DNA from: Eledone cirrhosa
Lineage: Eukaryota
Direction: 5' to 3'
NCBI GenBank assembly: GCA_964016885.1
Contig: OZ024740.1
Location: 189,968,001 to 190,032,000, forward strand
Length of the DNA: 64,000 nucleotides
Numbering within the stretch: position 1 is the stretch's first letter; each line of letters begins with the position of its first letter. The translations under genes and the position numbers were made by a program. Of this stretch, positions 43,850-59,234 are shown piece after piece. The notes under the pieces were generated by a model. It saw only the letters and a program-made list of their open reading frames with translations, ran no database searches and had not been told where the DNA came from.

Positions 43850-44520
43850 GTACTATATTTGAATATAAAAGAGAGATAAACACAGATTTATACATATATG
43901 TGTTAAAATATTAAGGGATCAGATAAATTTGGCTCCTTGTATTTGTAGAGCTACTTTAAATGTCGAGTGAACTTGGCTGCTATTTTTAGTAGCATACGTT
44001 TTACGAGACACGCTAGGCCCTGGTTGCCATGTGCGTTATATTATATACGCACACAATTCAGTCTTCTGAGATACTTACAAGTGAAATATTTACTAAGTCC
44101 TCAACCACTGAAGAGAAATAGAATTGGCAATTCCCTTTCACTAAATTGCGAAACAACATTACCAAATTCTGTCTGGGTGTTTGATAGCTGTCACAATTTC
44201 GGTTTGTATTTTTTTCTTAAATTATTCTTTTAAATTGTGTCTGGCAAACCCTGTAATCAAGCCTGAATAATATACCTTAATGTGAAATTTCAATGCACAG
44301 TTTGACACTGATTACCTGATATGGAAAGGAATAATTTGAAGGAATGACGATTCCCATCTACCTGCCAATGGAGAGCCCTTATTCGATTTCTCTTCTAGTC
44401 ATGGGTTTCTTAATTCGAATACCTTTTTTAGCACAAAGACATCCATAAATACACTGAGTATAACTGGAATCGGCGAGACAGATACATACTAGATTCTTTT
44501 TTTTGCCTCTGTTCTCGTCG
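43850..44520 (+). pseudogene. Possible decayed Cys-loop receptor-like pseudogene
   Basis: FKCRVNL, PNSVWVF, HLPANGEPL in order. Confidence 0.3.
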
Positions 44521-45009
44521 ATTATGTCCTTGATGTCTGTATTATGAGAGGGGATGAGCTGTTAATTAATGCCCATTTACCTGGAACCAGGGTAGGATCG
44601 ACCTAAAAGAGAACGTGGGAAGTGATGGCAGATAGGAAAGTCAAGAACATGTTTGGGGATATTATTGCATCCTTATTCGGAGAACACATTGAGTAAAAGT
44701 AGGATGTTGTAACAGAAAGGAGACTGTTCCATTTTTAGCAATTTTTGTTTGGGGCGCTAAATGCTGCGGACGAAAGCTGCTTGGTGTGACGCTCTGTGTC
44801 AGGATAACTCTTGGTTCAATCAATTGATCAAAGTGGCCATCCGATTTAAGGTGTTTAACATGTTTTTCAATATCTGGCATGCTTACATATCTATATATTA
44901 AACATGTGTATAATTATATACACATAAAGATGTATATATATTTATATACACATATTTATATGTATATATATTTATATACACATAGGTGCACTTTCGGTTA
45001 CAAATTTGT

Positions 45010-46060
45010 ATGTATAGAGATACAACTTTATCGTACTCTCCGAATACCATTCTGTTCCTTAACCTATTTGGTCTTGAGAATAACTCTACCTCTCTTTGCT
45101 AGACACTTAATATATATTTCAGCCAGTAATCGTAACAAGGAGATTCCTTGAGAACAATCTCTCATGCCTACATTTATGCAAATTGCGATCACTCATGATT
45201 GCGTTTGCTTTGGTGCTTTTCCAGATATCCATACCACACAGTAAGGATACCAGAGCATACCTTTTCTATATAAAGATTTTAACGTATCTGGTCAATGTTC
45301 ATCAGCACTTGAGTCCATACCACATTTGAACGCTTTAATTGCTCTTGTGACCTCAGTGTCTGAGAGGTTACTCTTCGCTCCTAGATACACCTTTTGTACA
45401 TTAGATGGTCTGACCAGATTTGAGAGATCAGTAAATATTTTCTCATCGTGGCAAGCATTGTGAGTCTCCTTATTTTATCAGATAGTATCTTTAACTTCTT
45501 GGTTGAAACGGGGAGGGATCTGCTACCTGGCGTCACGCAGCGCCACTTGCGTCCACAGCATTCAATAGCTGAATCAGAAAGTGTCGGGCCGAGGAGTCCT
45601 CACGAAGTTCCAAACTCCTCAGCGTGCTCGGGGAATTCTCTGAATTTATATGCAATAAGATCCGTATACCTGGTCATATTATTATCAACAGCCAGTGCTG
45701 TATACTGCCTCTTGTATGGCGAACTGCAACTGATACTTCTATGGGGTTTCTTGATTATGTAGTTTCAGGTTGAAGATAACTAGATGATGAGTAGCTAATA
45801 TCTCAGCACCTCTCTTAACTTGAACATCCAGTACAGATCGGAAGTGAACGGAAATAATAATAAATCAATTACGATTCGCTGTCTCCGAGGTCATTCATAC
45901 CAGGTAAACCTATGGATATATTTGTACTGGGAATAGGGTCTCCATAATAGAGATCCAATTACTAGAGTTAACGTTTGCATTTGCAATCATATCGGAGTCA
46001 CCGTTCTCTTTAATCACACCTTTCCATATGAGGTCATCAGAACCACCTTATGCATAGACA
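45010..46060 (-). mobile_element. Degenerate RTE-clade LINE fragment (APE end to RT start)
   Basis: WKGVI..G, IHRFTWY..IDL, VKRGAEILATHHLV, EVTRAIKAFKCG, GISLL..EQNGIR. Confidence 0.85.
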
Positions 46061-46189
46061 CTCTACAGTGTGTTGTGTAAATGCTTCAATACATTCTTCA
46101 TTTCTTTTATAAATCTTCAATATGAAACCAGCAGTCTCCATTTGTTATTTATACAATTCCTATGTGATATTACATCATGCAATTTATTT

Positions 46190-47100
46190 TCTAACTCTAA
46201 AAATTGTTTGTTAGATTTTAAAACAATTTAACAATAAAATCAAGTTTAATGTAGTTTTAGAATAGACTTCAATAGTATTTCCTATTTTAGCGTCTGCATT
46301 ATTACTAATTGTTCTCTTCTTTCATTTTTAACGTTCCCTATTTTATGTTTTTTTGTGTTTATTTTTTCCTTTGAAATAGATGTATCCAGATTTCATTCAT
46401 GTTCCAACTCACAAACAACATATTTATGTTTGGCGGATGGACAGAAATCCTATATCGTTTTAAAGATATCCATTATTGTTTGCATTATGTAAATTTGTTC
46501 ATATACTCTTCAAATCTATAATGCAAAGCAAAGCTTAAAATAATCTATATTCTCTTCATATCCTAGCTCCAAGATAGACGGTATTTTGTATTTTAACAAA
46601 GGCATGCAATATATTTGCCAATGTTTGTATTGGTCAGTGGTTTTATATTGTTTGAAAATGTTTGCAGTAATTAACCTTTATGTTGGGATACAGATTCACA
46701 CATAACTCTTTAACATTGAAATACTGACTCAAGTTAAATTTATCTTTGGCGTTGTTCTTCATTGATAGTTTAGACTTATAAGTTTTGAAGTATTTGAAGT
46801 ATTTCTGGAAAAAATCTGTGTCGTATAAAAATAAAACGAAATATTAAAAAAAATGTTGTTTAGTGTTGTAGAGCATTAGGTAGCTGTTGTTGGAAACCGA
46901 TTTCAATTATATATTCTCAATAACTCAAATCATATAATCTACTAACGCACTTGGGAAAGGCATGTGAAACAGTTCCTTCTAGTCACGTTGGCGTTTGAAG
47001 TTTGCAGTTTGATAGTTATTTTGAATATTATTTGTCTGGCGTTTAACTTGGGATTATGGTTGAATAATTCTACAATGTTTGGTAAGCAAGACAACATTAT
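46190..47100 (-). pseudogene. Decayed Cys-loop receptor-like pseudogene, TM1-TM4
   Basis: VTRRN..FPSALV, NNIFFNISFYF..SRNTSNTSKL, VSISMLKSYV, DYFKL and NYIKLDFIVKL (TM4 start). Confidence 0.6.
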
Positions 47101-47299
47101 AGCAAACCAGACAGCGTTATAAATGTTAATTCAACGTTTAATTATTCATTTATTCAAATTCTCAATAGTTGTTCAATTTTTGCTGATTTGCCTTGCATCC
47201 ATGAGATGAATTAAACTTTATATAACTTATTTTATATAAAATGAATTGTACTTTTACTTCTGGGAAAATTTATATTTATATAGCCGTAATATTCAAATG

Positions 47300-48060
47300 T
47301 GTTAACGGCATTATATTCACGTAATATATTAGTTATATTAAAATAGTAACAGATACATAGATTGAGACTGCAAGACCAATGCAAAAGATGGAACAATATC
47401 AAATCCAATACGATATGTGCAACAAATCTAAAATTCTAAGATAGGTTGCTTAATGAGTTACAGTAGTAAATACAAACCATTAGAGAGCTTATAATTATTT
47501 CCTCAGTGTAGTTCGTAGTAAATTGATGAAGTCATACCCATGCATTTATCAGCCTGTGCCAGCCAGATTGATGGTCAGAAATTAACCGAGAGCGAAATTA
47601 TTTGCAAGTTACAAAATTAAAGCAATTTTTCTTAAACTTTAAATAATCTGCTAATTGCCTGATTTAAACTGAACAGTCCTTAGATTTTTTCTATGAATAG
47701 GCTTGAGTAAAATTATATTTCTTCAAACATAAACATATATCTTGAATAGGCTTTTTATGCGACGAATACAAATCGATGATGTTTACAATGCTAACTATTG
47801 CTGTCAGGGCAGGAATATCACACCACTCCTAGCTGGCTTTGCATCGTATCTCCATGATAGGAACTTTGCCAGTTTATCCATTCACCTCGGCATCGGAAAA
47901 ATGTCATTTACTTTGAATTAATCTTAAGCTGCTTCTTGCTTTTGATTATCTGCCAAACCTTTCAGCATGTTTAAACTGCAATTTCTAGGGATTTACTGAG
48001 ACAATAGCTTCTCATATAGAGTTCACATTCGTTCAGTACTTTCATAATGATATGATGAAA
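47300..48060 (+). pseudogene. Decayed intronless Cys-loop receptor-like pseudogene
   Basis: IDEVIPMHLSAC (Cys-loop, ~47522), TIAVR, SASEK/MSFTL (~47893), FLGIY. Confidence 0.55.
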
Positions 48061-48169
48061 TTTGAAATATTATAGAATAATGTAATATCCTAATGTATTA
48101 GCTGAGAATGTAACAATATACAGGTTTATGAGGCATGTAACACATTTTTGAAGCCTGCCATCAAAACCA

Positions 48170-49467
<1,298 letters not shown>

Positions 49468-49619
49468 TACTGTCACATGTCAGACAGATACATATATTTA
49501 TATATATATATATATAATCCTATGTCGACAGAGACAAAAAGAATAATTACGCTAAGTATTATTATATTTATTGTTTATGGGAATCCGATAATGAACGCCA
49601 AAGCGTATCAGATGTTAGA

Positions 49620-50330
49620 CCTACATCAGGAAAGGGTGAAGTTAGTAGATTTTGGAGGGATGGGCTAAGCATTCAGACGATAATGGAAGTAAGAGAAGAT
49701 ACAGACGCTTGCCATCCTCATAATACCATTTATAGAAGGCTTCCAATTAGCCCATTTCTAAGTGAGACTTATATATGTATACATCATCTCGCCCCAGTAC
49801 CGATACGCTTGGAGGCCTGAAACGAATCAGACTCAAATAGGTTAGACCACCCCACACATCAAGCGTCACACAGCATAGTCATAAGGCATGCACTTGCTCC
49901 TCTAGTCACCTAATTGCGTTTTGGTGCCTTTTCCCTTATGATGCCAGTCCTAGTATACATCTACTAAGACATCATCAAACCAGTCTGGCAGGAACTCGTA
50001 AATTTCATGACGAAGACCATTCGGTAACTCGCCAGATGACAATGGTCTATCTGCTCGAAAATGAATAGGAAACATATATTATGATCTCTCAATGACTGAA
50101 CCTTGACTGTCTCCGAACCATGCTTCCGACAAAAGAATTTGGTGTATGTGCTTACATTCCTCATGTGTTATTGCACCGGCCGTGTTTTACATCTTAGGAA
50201 TTGTCGATAATAGTCTTGCGGTTATCATGACCATCAGTCCCCCAGATATCGTATTTGCTGATTACCACAATGTCAAGCTAACTCCAGGCCGCCTACATAT
50301 ATATTTGCTAAATGACCATGTTCGGATAAT
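49620..50330 (-). pseudogene. Decayed Cys-loop receptor-like pseudogene
   Basis: DIVVISKYDIWGTD (IWxPD), ITHE/NVS, CFLFIFEQIDHC, EDGKRL. Confidence 0.4.
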
Positions 50331-51299
50331 GAGATCATCTAAACCTTAAGAAGGGGGATCTATAAAGATTATAGAAGCCTTCTACTTTAAGGTTGAAAGT
50401 CCCTATATCTGAATATTTAGGTTTCTCAAGAGGAGGTGTTGTTGCTGTTACTAGTCGTGGTGCGGACAGTGAAGTTGTTATTCTATTATAAAGTAAAACA
50501 CCAAATTATCGCTGTGCGTGAATTGGCTTTCAACAGCCCCGTTGTTTCTATGCATTGACTTCGTGGTGCTGGAGGTACTGCTGTTGCCACTGGTAGTTGT
50601 GTTCCAATTTGTAGATTTGTTTTTGTTGGGGATGTTCAATAGTTTGATTCTTCTACTCCTAACTCCCACGACAGGGAGTTTAGCATGGAAATCTATAAAT
50701 AGACTATCACTGATTTTACTGATAACGTCTTTGATGTAGCTTCCATTGTCACTACTTGAAGCATTTGACGAATTGCTTTAATAGAAAGGGGAAGATATCC
50801 CTTCTTGTACATGAGTTTCTACATTTTCCTCGTCGTTCAGAATTTGTGAAGCTTATGAGAGATAATTTGTTGATTTCTTTGTTTCGGTGGTGAGGCTGTC
50901 AACTTATGTATACATTAATAACAATGTTTGGAACCAAAGTTGCCAATAGTAAATCCAAGATCTACAAATTACCAACGGCGACAAAATGCATGTGCATCAG
51001 AGAAAAAGGAGACAAAATGGTGGAAACATTTCCAATTTGACAGCAGCTCACAAAATACGAACATAAACACATATATATAAAGGAGAAAACAACATCTACA
51101 TTAACTTAGTGGTGTATCACAAATAGAGAAATTGATTGGATGCTTAATCTTCGTATGCCGAACACTAGCTCAATATCATTTTCTCTATATCTTTCAATTA
51201 GAAGAATTTTTTATTTTATAATTCTAGGTTAAAACCAATACTAAAATCTAAAAATATAAGTACTACAATTTTGCTTTAAACACAAATGCTAGAGCGATT

Positions 51300-52300
51300 T
51301 CAGTATATCTGAATTTGAAAGGCCTACATGTCATGTCTGTATTTTATGTTACTATGCAGCTATAGCCCCAACAAATTGTGTGATATATTAAGGAAATGGA
51401 TTCTATAGATGAAGCGCTAGATATGATCCTACAACACATATATACCATTGTTATATAAACTATCAGAACGTGGATCTCTCTTGACAGAAATAAATAATTA
51501 TATATCACAATACATGCTACGTTCCGAAAATATATTCTAACAACCAAAACGTTAACTGACCTGAAAAGAGAATGCAAAAATGACGCCCTGAATATCCCAC
51601 AGCTGAATATAGATATTTAATCAAAAATAAACGTGGTAAACAAACAGAGCAAAACAGGAAATAAAAAAAAATCCATCAAATAATAGTTATTTTATTGCAA
51701 ATAATACCCTCATTGTGTAAAACGACAACGGTTATTTGAATAAACCAAAGACATTGAAACCAAACCTACGAGGTATTATAAAGAAATATATATAACCAAA
51801 ATAGGAATAAATATTGCTCCAACGGGAGGAGTTTTGGAAATATTTTGGGGAAGAGCATAGAGTTTCAATAGGTGATCAAAGGTAATCATGGACGAAAATC
51901 TTCAAAACATCAAAAACAGGACGTTAACAATTGTAGGAGGCTAAGCCAATTAAAGTGTAATACTAACAATATACAAAATGAACAAACGGAATCTAACAGG
52001 AAGTCATACTCTTCAAAACGTTTGATTGAAATATGTACCTAGAACATACACATCCAATTATATTTAAAGAATGCAAGAAATAATAATGGATTAACTTTCC
52101 AGCGGAAAAAAATATACCCCCGTATCCGTCAACAAGTAACAACGTCCAAATGATCCAGGAAAATAGCCAATCTGCCTACTGATTAAAGTTGCTTCACTTA
52201 ATTAATTCAACATGCTATATATTTTTAGTAGTAAAAGAAAGTGAATTCCAGAAAAGCAGAAAGCAAATTCGTTATGGCAGTTAAGGTTGTACAGATCAAT
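51300..52300 (+). pseudogene. Decayed intronless Cys-loop receptor-like pseudogene
   Basis: EMDSIDEAL..TWISLDRNK*LYI (LxWxPxDY), SGKK (~52101), LPTD. Confidence 0.5.
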
Positions 52301-52685
52301 TATCGTAAATCAAAGTCATAACAAAGAAGTACCTTCTGAGTAAATCCTAAATGAGAAGACCCCCATACCTATGGTACCAACAACACTATACACGCATATA
52401 ATATATGATATGAATGTTTGTGAACAATTGTAGTTATGATACAAAAATAGTGTTATAAAAGCAAATTTATGTTAAGTCACTCTTTATCTTTCAGGCTCTT
52501 AGCCTTTCAAAGTCTAGTCCTTAATCGGGAAAAATAAAAAAAGAGAATGCTGGGGAAATAGAAGGAAAAAGGAATAGTGATGAAATTAAAAATAGGACGA
52601 ATGTTTTTAAAAAGCAAAAACTTCGTGTAGTTGTTCAAAAACGGAGCTTAAAAGAGAAACTTCAATGTTCGAAGAAATAATACCG

Positions 52686-52879
52686 ACAAGGTCAATGTAT
52701 GACTAGCAGAAAAATATATTTTCTACTAATTGACGTATCAATACTAGGAGAACATATCGCTTTAAACGAGATGATATAAACCCACAAGGAGAATGTATGA
52801 CTATCAGAAAAAATATATTTTCTACTAATTGACGTATCAATACCAGGAGAACATATCGCTTTAAACGAGATGATGTAAA
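52686..52879. repeat. Tandem duplication, 2 x ~98 bp
   Basis: acaagg..aatgtatgacta.cagaaaaatatattttctactaattgacgtatcaatac.aggagaacatatcgctttaaacgagatgat at 52686 and 52784. Confidence 0.92.
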
Positions 52880-53074
52880 TATTCAAATATAGAGATCTCG
52901 AAAATAGAAGTATCTAAAATGTTGTTGCTTCAAGATTTCCAATAAATAGTACATACCGAGTATTGCACGTTTGGACGTAGAATAATTTCAATACATTAAT
53001 AACACTGGAAAGAAAATGTCGAAACAGAAAACGAATAAGTAAATAAGCCTAGGTTCAGTAGATCAGTGAAATAT

Positions 53075-53076
53075 TA

Positions 53077-53109
<33 letters not shown>

Positions 53110-53152
53110 CACTACTACTACTACTACTACTAGTAGTAGTAGTACTACTACA

Positions 53153-53218
<66 letters not shown>

Positions 53219-53286
53219 AAGAAGAAGAAGAAGAAGAAGAAGAAGAAGAAGAAGAAGAAGAAGAAGAAGAAGAAGAAGAAGAAGAA
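53075..53286. repeat. Compound trinucleotide microsatellite (TAC)n(TAG)n(AAT)n(AAG)n
   Basis: Direct reading. Confidence 0.98.
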
Positions 53287-53599
53287 TGATGTTAATGAAA
53301 ATATCGCGAGATGAGATGTAGGAGGAATAGACTCAGATTGATCCACAGAAGAGGGACATATAGCTGAGGAACATTTAATTTAAGTCACGCGATAATTAAG
53401 AGAACAGAAACATTAAGTAGATATATTGTAATATAACAAGGATACCTAATACTTATTTGAAATAAAATTACAAATCATAACACAAGATACAAAACACGGA
53501 ATATAATCTGAACAAAACGAATTAACTTAAACCAAATCAAATTCTATAGAGCAATTGAACCATAACTGAGAGTAAAGGAAAGGGCAACATAATATAACC

Positions 53600-55000
53600 A
53601 CTAATAAAAGTCATAGAAGTGTGATACTGTTGAGCTTAATGCAACCATGCCTGGAAGCAATGTCAAAAGCGCTGTTCTCTGAAATGTTCAGTGTCCATTA
53701 CACAAAAACCAACACATCAAAGCTTCAACGATCCAAATAACAATGGCTGGTGTCCCTTATGTATACCATATCTCCATACTATACGCAACATAGAAAAACA
53801 GTCGGAAAGTAGTGATGTTATGCACATGGAAATTTTGAATACAAAAGATAGGTTCTAACAGAAATGTTGGAAATCGTTTCTCTTTAGAGCAAAATAATGT
53901 ATTCCACTTTGTGAACTTTTTATACCTAACATACAGTATCAACGTAGAAATGAGGCGCAAGATGTGCAATAGATAATGAAATAAAACAACAAAGAAATAG
54001 AATACAGCAACGAATGTATAGAGATTTAAAATAACCAAACACAAAACCTCAGATATAGAGAAATAAAACGTCTCATATGAAAATAAAGCATGAGAACGAT
54101 AAAAAACATTAACTGGGGCTTAAGAAATGAAAGAAAGCAGAAAAGAACGAGCTGACCTAACACAGAGTATACGAGGACTTAAATGACAAGGAAAAGTATG
54201 CAACAGTATGGGATAAAATACGTAATTGAGTAGGGGTGTCAATTACACGAATTTTTAAAGCATCGAACGAGATGACTGTTGGTATTCTATACATGATATA
54301 TGCGTCCCGAATTCGAATCGTTTGTTTTTTTATTGGAAGACGTTATCCGTTGTTCGGGATATCATCAGCACCTCTGACTTGATTGCCTTTAGCTGAGTCT
54401 CCTCTGTTGCATGAAATTAGGTTAGGTGTCTGGTTTGAGTATACATTATTTCTCCCTCAAACCATTCTCGCAGTCCTTGATGGATCATGGCCACTGTCCT
54501 CTCCTCCTTGGTTAAAGTGTAACTTAATTTGAGAATCTATCTACGAGGTAACTGAAACTGCTAGAAATAGCAACAGTAGCACTGTCAAATTACACACTAG
54601 CATTTTGAAAAGGACGGAGTGTTTGATAATAGAGAGAGAAAATATCAAAAACAACAAATGGAACAATTCAGGACGTTGTCCACAAAACAAAACAAAAACA
54701 AACAAATATATTCTCTTTCGAAAAGCTAGCCCGAAGAAATATATCCCATAACATATCAAAACCGTCAAAACAGAGCAATCAAATATAATCATGAAGCAAA
54801 CCAAACCGTAGCGATAAACGTAAAAGGAACAGAGATGGTTATAACAAAATCAATCAACGTAAATCAATGGAACATCTCCCCAGGCTACAAATAAAATAGA
54901 CAAGCATCTTTCGGAAATAATTGTCAGATACAACCAGCCTTGTCAAGAAATTGTTTCCCACGAAGAAAACCCGACATCATAGGCTATTTCTCTTTCATTC
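53600..55000 (+). pseudogene. One or two decayed Cys-loop receptor-like relics
   Basis: CTWKF..YLTYSINVEMRRKM..DIEK (53820-54065) and NNKWNNSG..LFRKAS..YIP (54650-54750). Confidence 0.3.
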
Positions 55001-55189
55001 CCTTAAAAGGCAAGTTAAATATACTATAGAACATTGTCAAAATTAGAAACGACATAGGCTTACGTTGCTAGATAGAAATAATAAGAAAACCGAACCAAAT
55101 ATTTAAAAAACACATCAGGAAAAGGAAAATATTGAGAAAATCTATAAAAAGTAAAACCAGTTTTGGAACTTATTAATGCATATATTATA

Positions 55190-56635
55190 ACACACTTTCA
55201 TAAACACCAAGGAAAAGCGGCTCATTGGATGCTTCACTGATAGCAAAGTAACAAACATACAATCATATTTCAATTGGATATGCAACAAACATATACAGCT
55301 CAACAGAATGGAATAATGGGTTGGAGAAGAAATGAAACAAAGACGTGAAACGAAAATGAAGGAAAAATAAAATGAATTTACAAAGAATGTCTGCTGTATC
55401 TTGTGAAACAGTTAACTAGAAGGCTCGAATAGTATATATAACACTCAAATCGATGGTTAAAGTACTATGAATATTTAACAAGACTATCAATAAATATATA
55501 CATAGCTGAATCAACACTAGCATATTTACAAAGGATATAAGAAATATAAATTCCACCTCTTACAAAAACAGGAGACCCGAACTATTGCAAATTAGCAATA
55601 TTAAGAATCAAGGAAAGAGAGTTATGGAAAAGAAATTGGAAAGTAAATGTTTTTATACATAGGAAAACGAAAAGTTATGAAACTAGAATTTAACCACACC
55701 GAATAAAATATCCAGATATGGATAGCACAATCAAAGGAGAACAGCATACATGTAGACGGAAATCGGATTAAGACTAAATACTTAGTAAACAATGAAAACA
55801 AATCTCTACAAGGTCGATCTAATTGGAAATTAGAGCTGTTAGTAACACAATATGAAATCCGGCAATGGAGAGAAAATCATGTCTAATGGCCATAAGGTGG
55901 CAATGATATGACAACATCATGATATCTAAATTGATTCTGTATGTTCTTTCATTTTAATGTCTGTTGCAGTTTCTGGAACATTGATATAAGTGCCCCCACA
56001 TAAATTAAAGATATCAAATGCCCCATGCATTTTCTTCCGTGCATTGGGATAGATATTTTATACATATGCGCACAAAGGTATACAGACAGGCATGAACATT
56101 CCTAACATGTCTTTCATTATAATCAGAATAGAGTTTCTTAACTTGTCGCACTCTGTGAATTGGAAATGTTGACAATAAAATCGTATTTATTCATGATACG
56201 CTTGAGTGTACGCAATAGCAATATTTTGTTCGATAAAAACATAAAAAGGTACACCACGAAAAATGTATTTATTAACAATCGATGTTACAAAAAATACAGT
56301 TCAGGCAACCTATTCACCATTCCATGCTCAAACACTGAACTAGCAGTGTTACACCAAAATACAAATATATAGACAATGGCAAGCTTTGGGGTTTTCTATA
56401 AAACAAAACAAAAATGAGAATGTCTTATTACTCGAGAGAAATAAGAACATTGTGTTAATTTCTTTACACATGAACAAATATAAATATAATATTAAAAAAA
56501 TGGATATCCATGAAGAAATGTGTTCCAATATTAACAGGTAATTACTTTGCTAGCATTGATAAATTATTAATTATTTGTATTTTCTGTGTTGATGTTAGTT
56601 TTCCACTTGTGTGGCACGAATATACTCCGCTGTGA
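55190..56635 (+). pseudogene. Full-length decayed intronless Cys-loop (chemotactile-receptor-like) pseudogene
   Basis: EKRLI, LYLV, EI*IPPL (55541), KYP..EQHTC, SNWKL, FILMSVAV..VPPHKLKISNAPCIF (TM1/TM2), IPNMSFII..GN/LTIKSY (TM3), YFASIDKLLIICIF (TM4), all collinear over ~1.4 kb. Confidence 0.65.
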
Positions 56636-56764
56636 ATTTGAGATGCCAGTCACTCTACCTGTCAAACATACACGTGCACCCATGTATTGTAGCGAGTTAG
56701 TATTCAATAATATTAACCAATCCCAGCAATGCTATGACACCTCGTAAACGACAGAGATGAAAAA

Positions 56765-57410
56765 TTAAATGTACACAGGAAGCAATAAATAACATGCCAC
56801 AAATGTAGAAACAAATAAATATAGCCTACAAATACGATCCTACACTCTCAAAATACAGAAACGGGATGAGATTTGAGATTTCATCTATTCGTAATGGTAT
56901 TACCAATAGATGAATCATCGAATTTCTTCTACAAAATCCAGAAACGGACACTCTGCCATTGTTTGTTTGATCGCAAGCCATAATCACCCGTTTTCATCAT
57001 TCATAGATTGAAGAGAAATTGTATAGAAATTTGATGTTGGCATTTGAAATTGAGCTTTCCTTATCCTGATGATGCATTCAAATACAGAGAATCGTGCATA
57101 TATATTTGTAATAAGCATATTTACTTCACAATGTTTATGATACGTGCTACAAGGTTGACAAGAGGCTTACGATTAAAGTTACTAAAGGTTAAATTCCCAG
57201 AATGTCTTTAATCTATATCATTCTATAATGGGTTGATAACCAATACTGTGGACAATGTAATTGTAGAACGAGAACCTGATAATATAAATGTATTCCTTTG
57301 AACAGTGAATTTATTTTCGAATTCAATTCATCTAATGTTACTGACAATAACCTCAATACATTTGGTGGCTTTATCGTAGCAACTGTGTAATGGTCCTGTG
57401 AAGGTATGTA
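56765..57410 (-). pseudogene. Decayed Cys-loop receptor pseudogene with ECD joined to TM4
   Basis: DHY..IKPP..TLDELNSK, KCQHQISIQFLFN (C..FPFD-like), TNR*NL, V*DRICRLYLFVSTFVACYLLLPVYI*. Confidence 0.55.
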
Positions 57411-57548
57411 GTATTACTATTTATATAACTGTTATGCCTCTAAAAATTGGCAATTCATGCAGAAATGATGTATATGAATATGCATATATATTTATATATA
57501 GGCACATACTCATACACACATACACACACATACAAATAATTATGTATG

Positions 57549-57579
<31 letters not shown>

Positions 57580-57789
57580 TGTGTGTGCGTGTGTGTGAAT
57601 GGAGCTGGTGGTTGGGCTGATTTGGCGTTCCCCTTTATGCGTTTGGGAGTGTGTGAGTATGTGTTCACATCCTCGCATACACACACACGCCACCAAATTT
57701 ATACGCCACCCACAGAAATGTATAGAGATGTAAAAAGATGAAACATACTAAAAAAAACTTGATATTTTCATTCGTTCTAATGCCTGCAA

Positions 57790-58800
57790 TCAAAAATATT
57801 TAGCCACCATAATAATTGTTATCGAAAACCATTCTCCTTTACATCTCAGTTATCACAATAAATGCTGTTTTACAAAGCCCAACTTAAACATTTGGATAAT
57901 TGACAAAAAATACGTATCATTGCGTGCGTGTGTGTGTGTATGTGTGCTCGCCTGTCTGTGTGTGTGTGCGTGTGTGCCTGTCTGTATACCTTTGTGCGCA
58001 TATGTATAAAATATCTATCCCAATGCACGGAAGAAAATGCATGGGGCATTTGATATCTTTATGTATGTGGTGAATCTTTGAAGGGAAGCCACATACTTAG
58101 TGAAGGTTTCATGACATTTGTGTAAACATTACATCAGAAAATCAATTGGATTTCTCCTTATATTCTGGATGTCCATAAGAGTTAATATAGTGCAGTCTCG
58201 CGGCAACCAACTTAGTATTGTATAATTTGAATATCAGGCACATCATTTGCAGTCTTTGTTTCTACGCCCTCGGTTCATATCTCGTAAACATTAACTCAGT
58301 ACTTCACAATTTATTGGTTGATAAATAAACCGCCTGTGCGAGTGCACAATATCACCCTGTCTCTCTTTATAACCCTTATAATATGAATATCATTGCACTT
58401 TCATTGGGACAATGCGGCCTTGGATTTTGCCTTTCCAATGGACAATACTGTTTGCTTGGGGAGAGGATATATCGATGAATGAGGAAATCTTTGTCTCTAA
58501 ACAAACTTTTGAATGTTAACTTCATACTTGTAGTCCCATGGTCAACCGTAGCTGAATGTGTGGCTATACATTTCTATCCTGAATACAAAGAAGTATACAA
58601 TATTTTATATAAATTGCAAAGTTAGTATAGTTTATCTAATCAACTATTTTATTATATTGTGTACACGATTGCAGTTCGTTATATAATGGCATGTCTTTCT
58701 ATATCCTTTGAATTTGATAAGGTTACTTACTTGGTTATAAAGCGATGTCCTACCGGATATAATTACGCTTTCATTGAAACAAAATGTGGAATCGCATGAT
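57790..58800 (-). pseudogene. Decayed intronless Cys-loop receptor-like pseudogene
   Basis: YSG*KCI, NSIVHWK, IRRNPIDFLM..TFTKYVASL..KISNAPCIF; interrupted by (CA)n before a TM3-like segment. Confidence 0.55.
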
Positions 58801-59234
58801 ATTGAGTGATAATCTATATCCGTATAATATATACAAATATAGAAGTTGCAGTGTCAATATGCAATTAATATTTTCGGATTTGCAGTTAAATAAGCTGAAA
58901 TATAAATCTGTACGGAGAAAATAGTGATAGTCCCATTAAACGATTAATTCATGTATAATAGCTACAGTATATATTATACAATGTTTGCCACTAGGTCGTT
59001 TCCTGTAACTGCTTTTGCATGGTGTTCTCATTATTTCTACTATTATTCAGGATTTATTGTCATGCAACCAATACATTTGCAATATATCGGATTTATTTTG
59101 AGTGAGTTGAGTGGTCAGCATGAAAATAATTCAGCCTCGAAAAAACAACTAACCTATACTTCAAATTCATGGCCATGCTAAAGACTGCAACGTTTCGGTT
59201 GGTACTCCAAATATAAGATGCATTTTATGTGGAG

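Noticed and set aside
50400-51050. S/T/N-rich minus-strand ORF, possible LINE ORF1
   Set aside because: No diagnostic motif recognised
53066-53346. Poly-T/N/K and poly-F/L/V ORFs
   Set aside because: Trinucleotide microsatellite artefacts
55540-55610. IPPLTKTGDPNYC read as a LINE RT N-terminal motif
   Set aside because: No further RT motifs follow; flanking collinear motifs fit the Cys-loop IWxPP reading better
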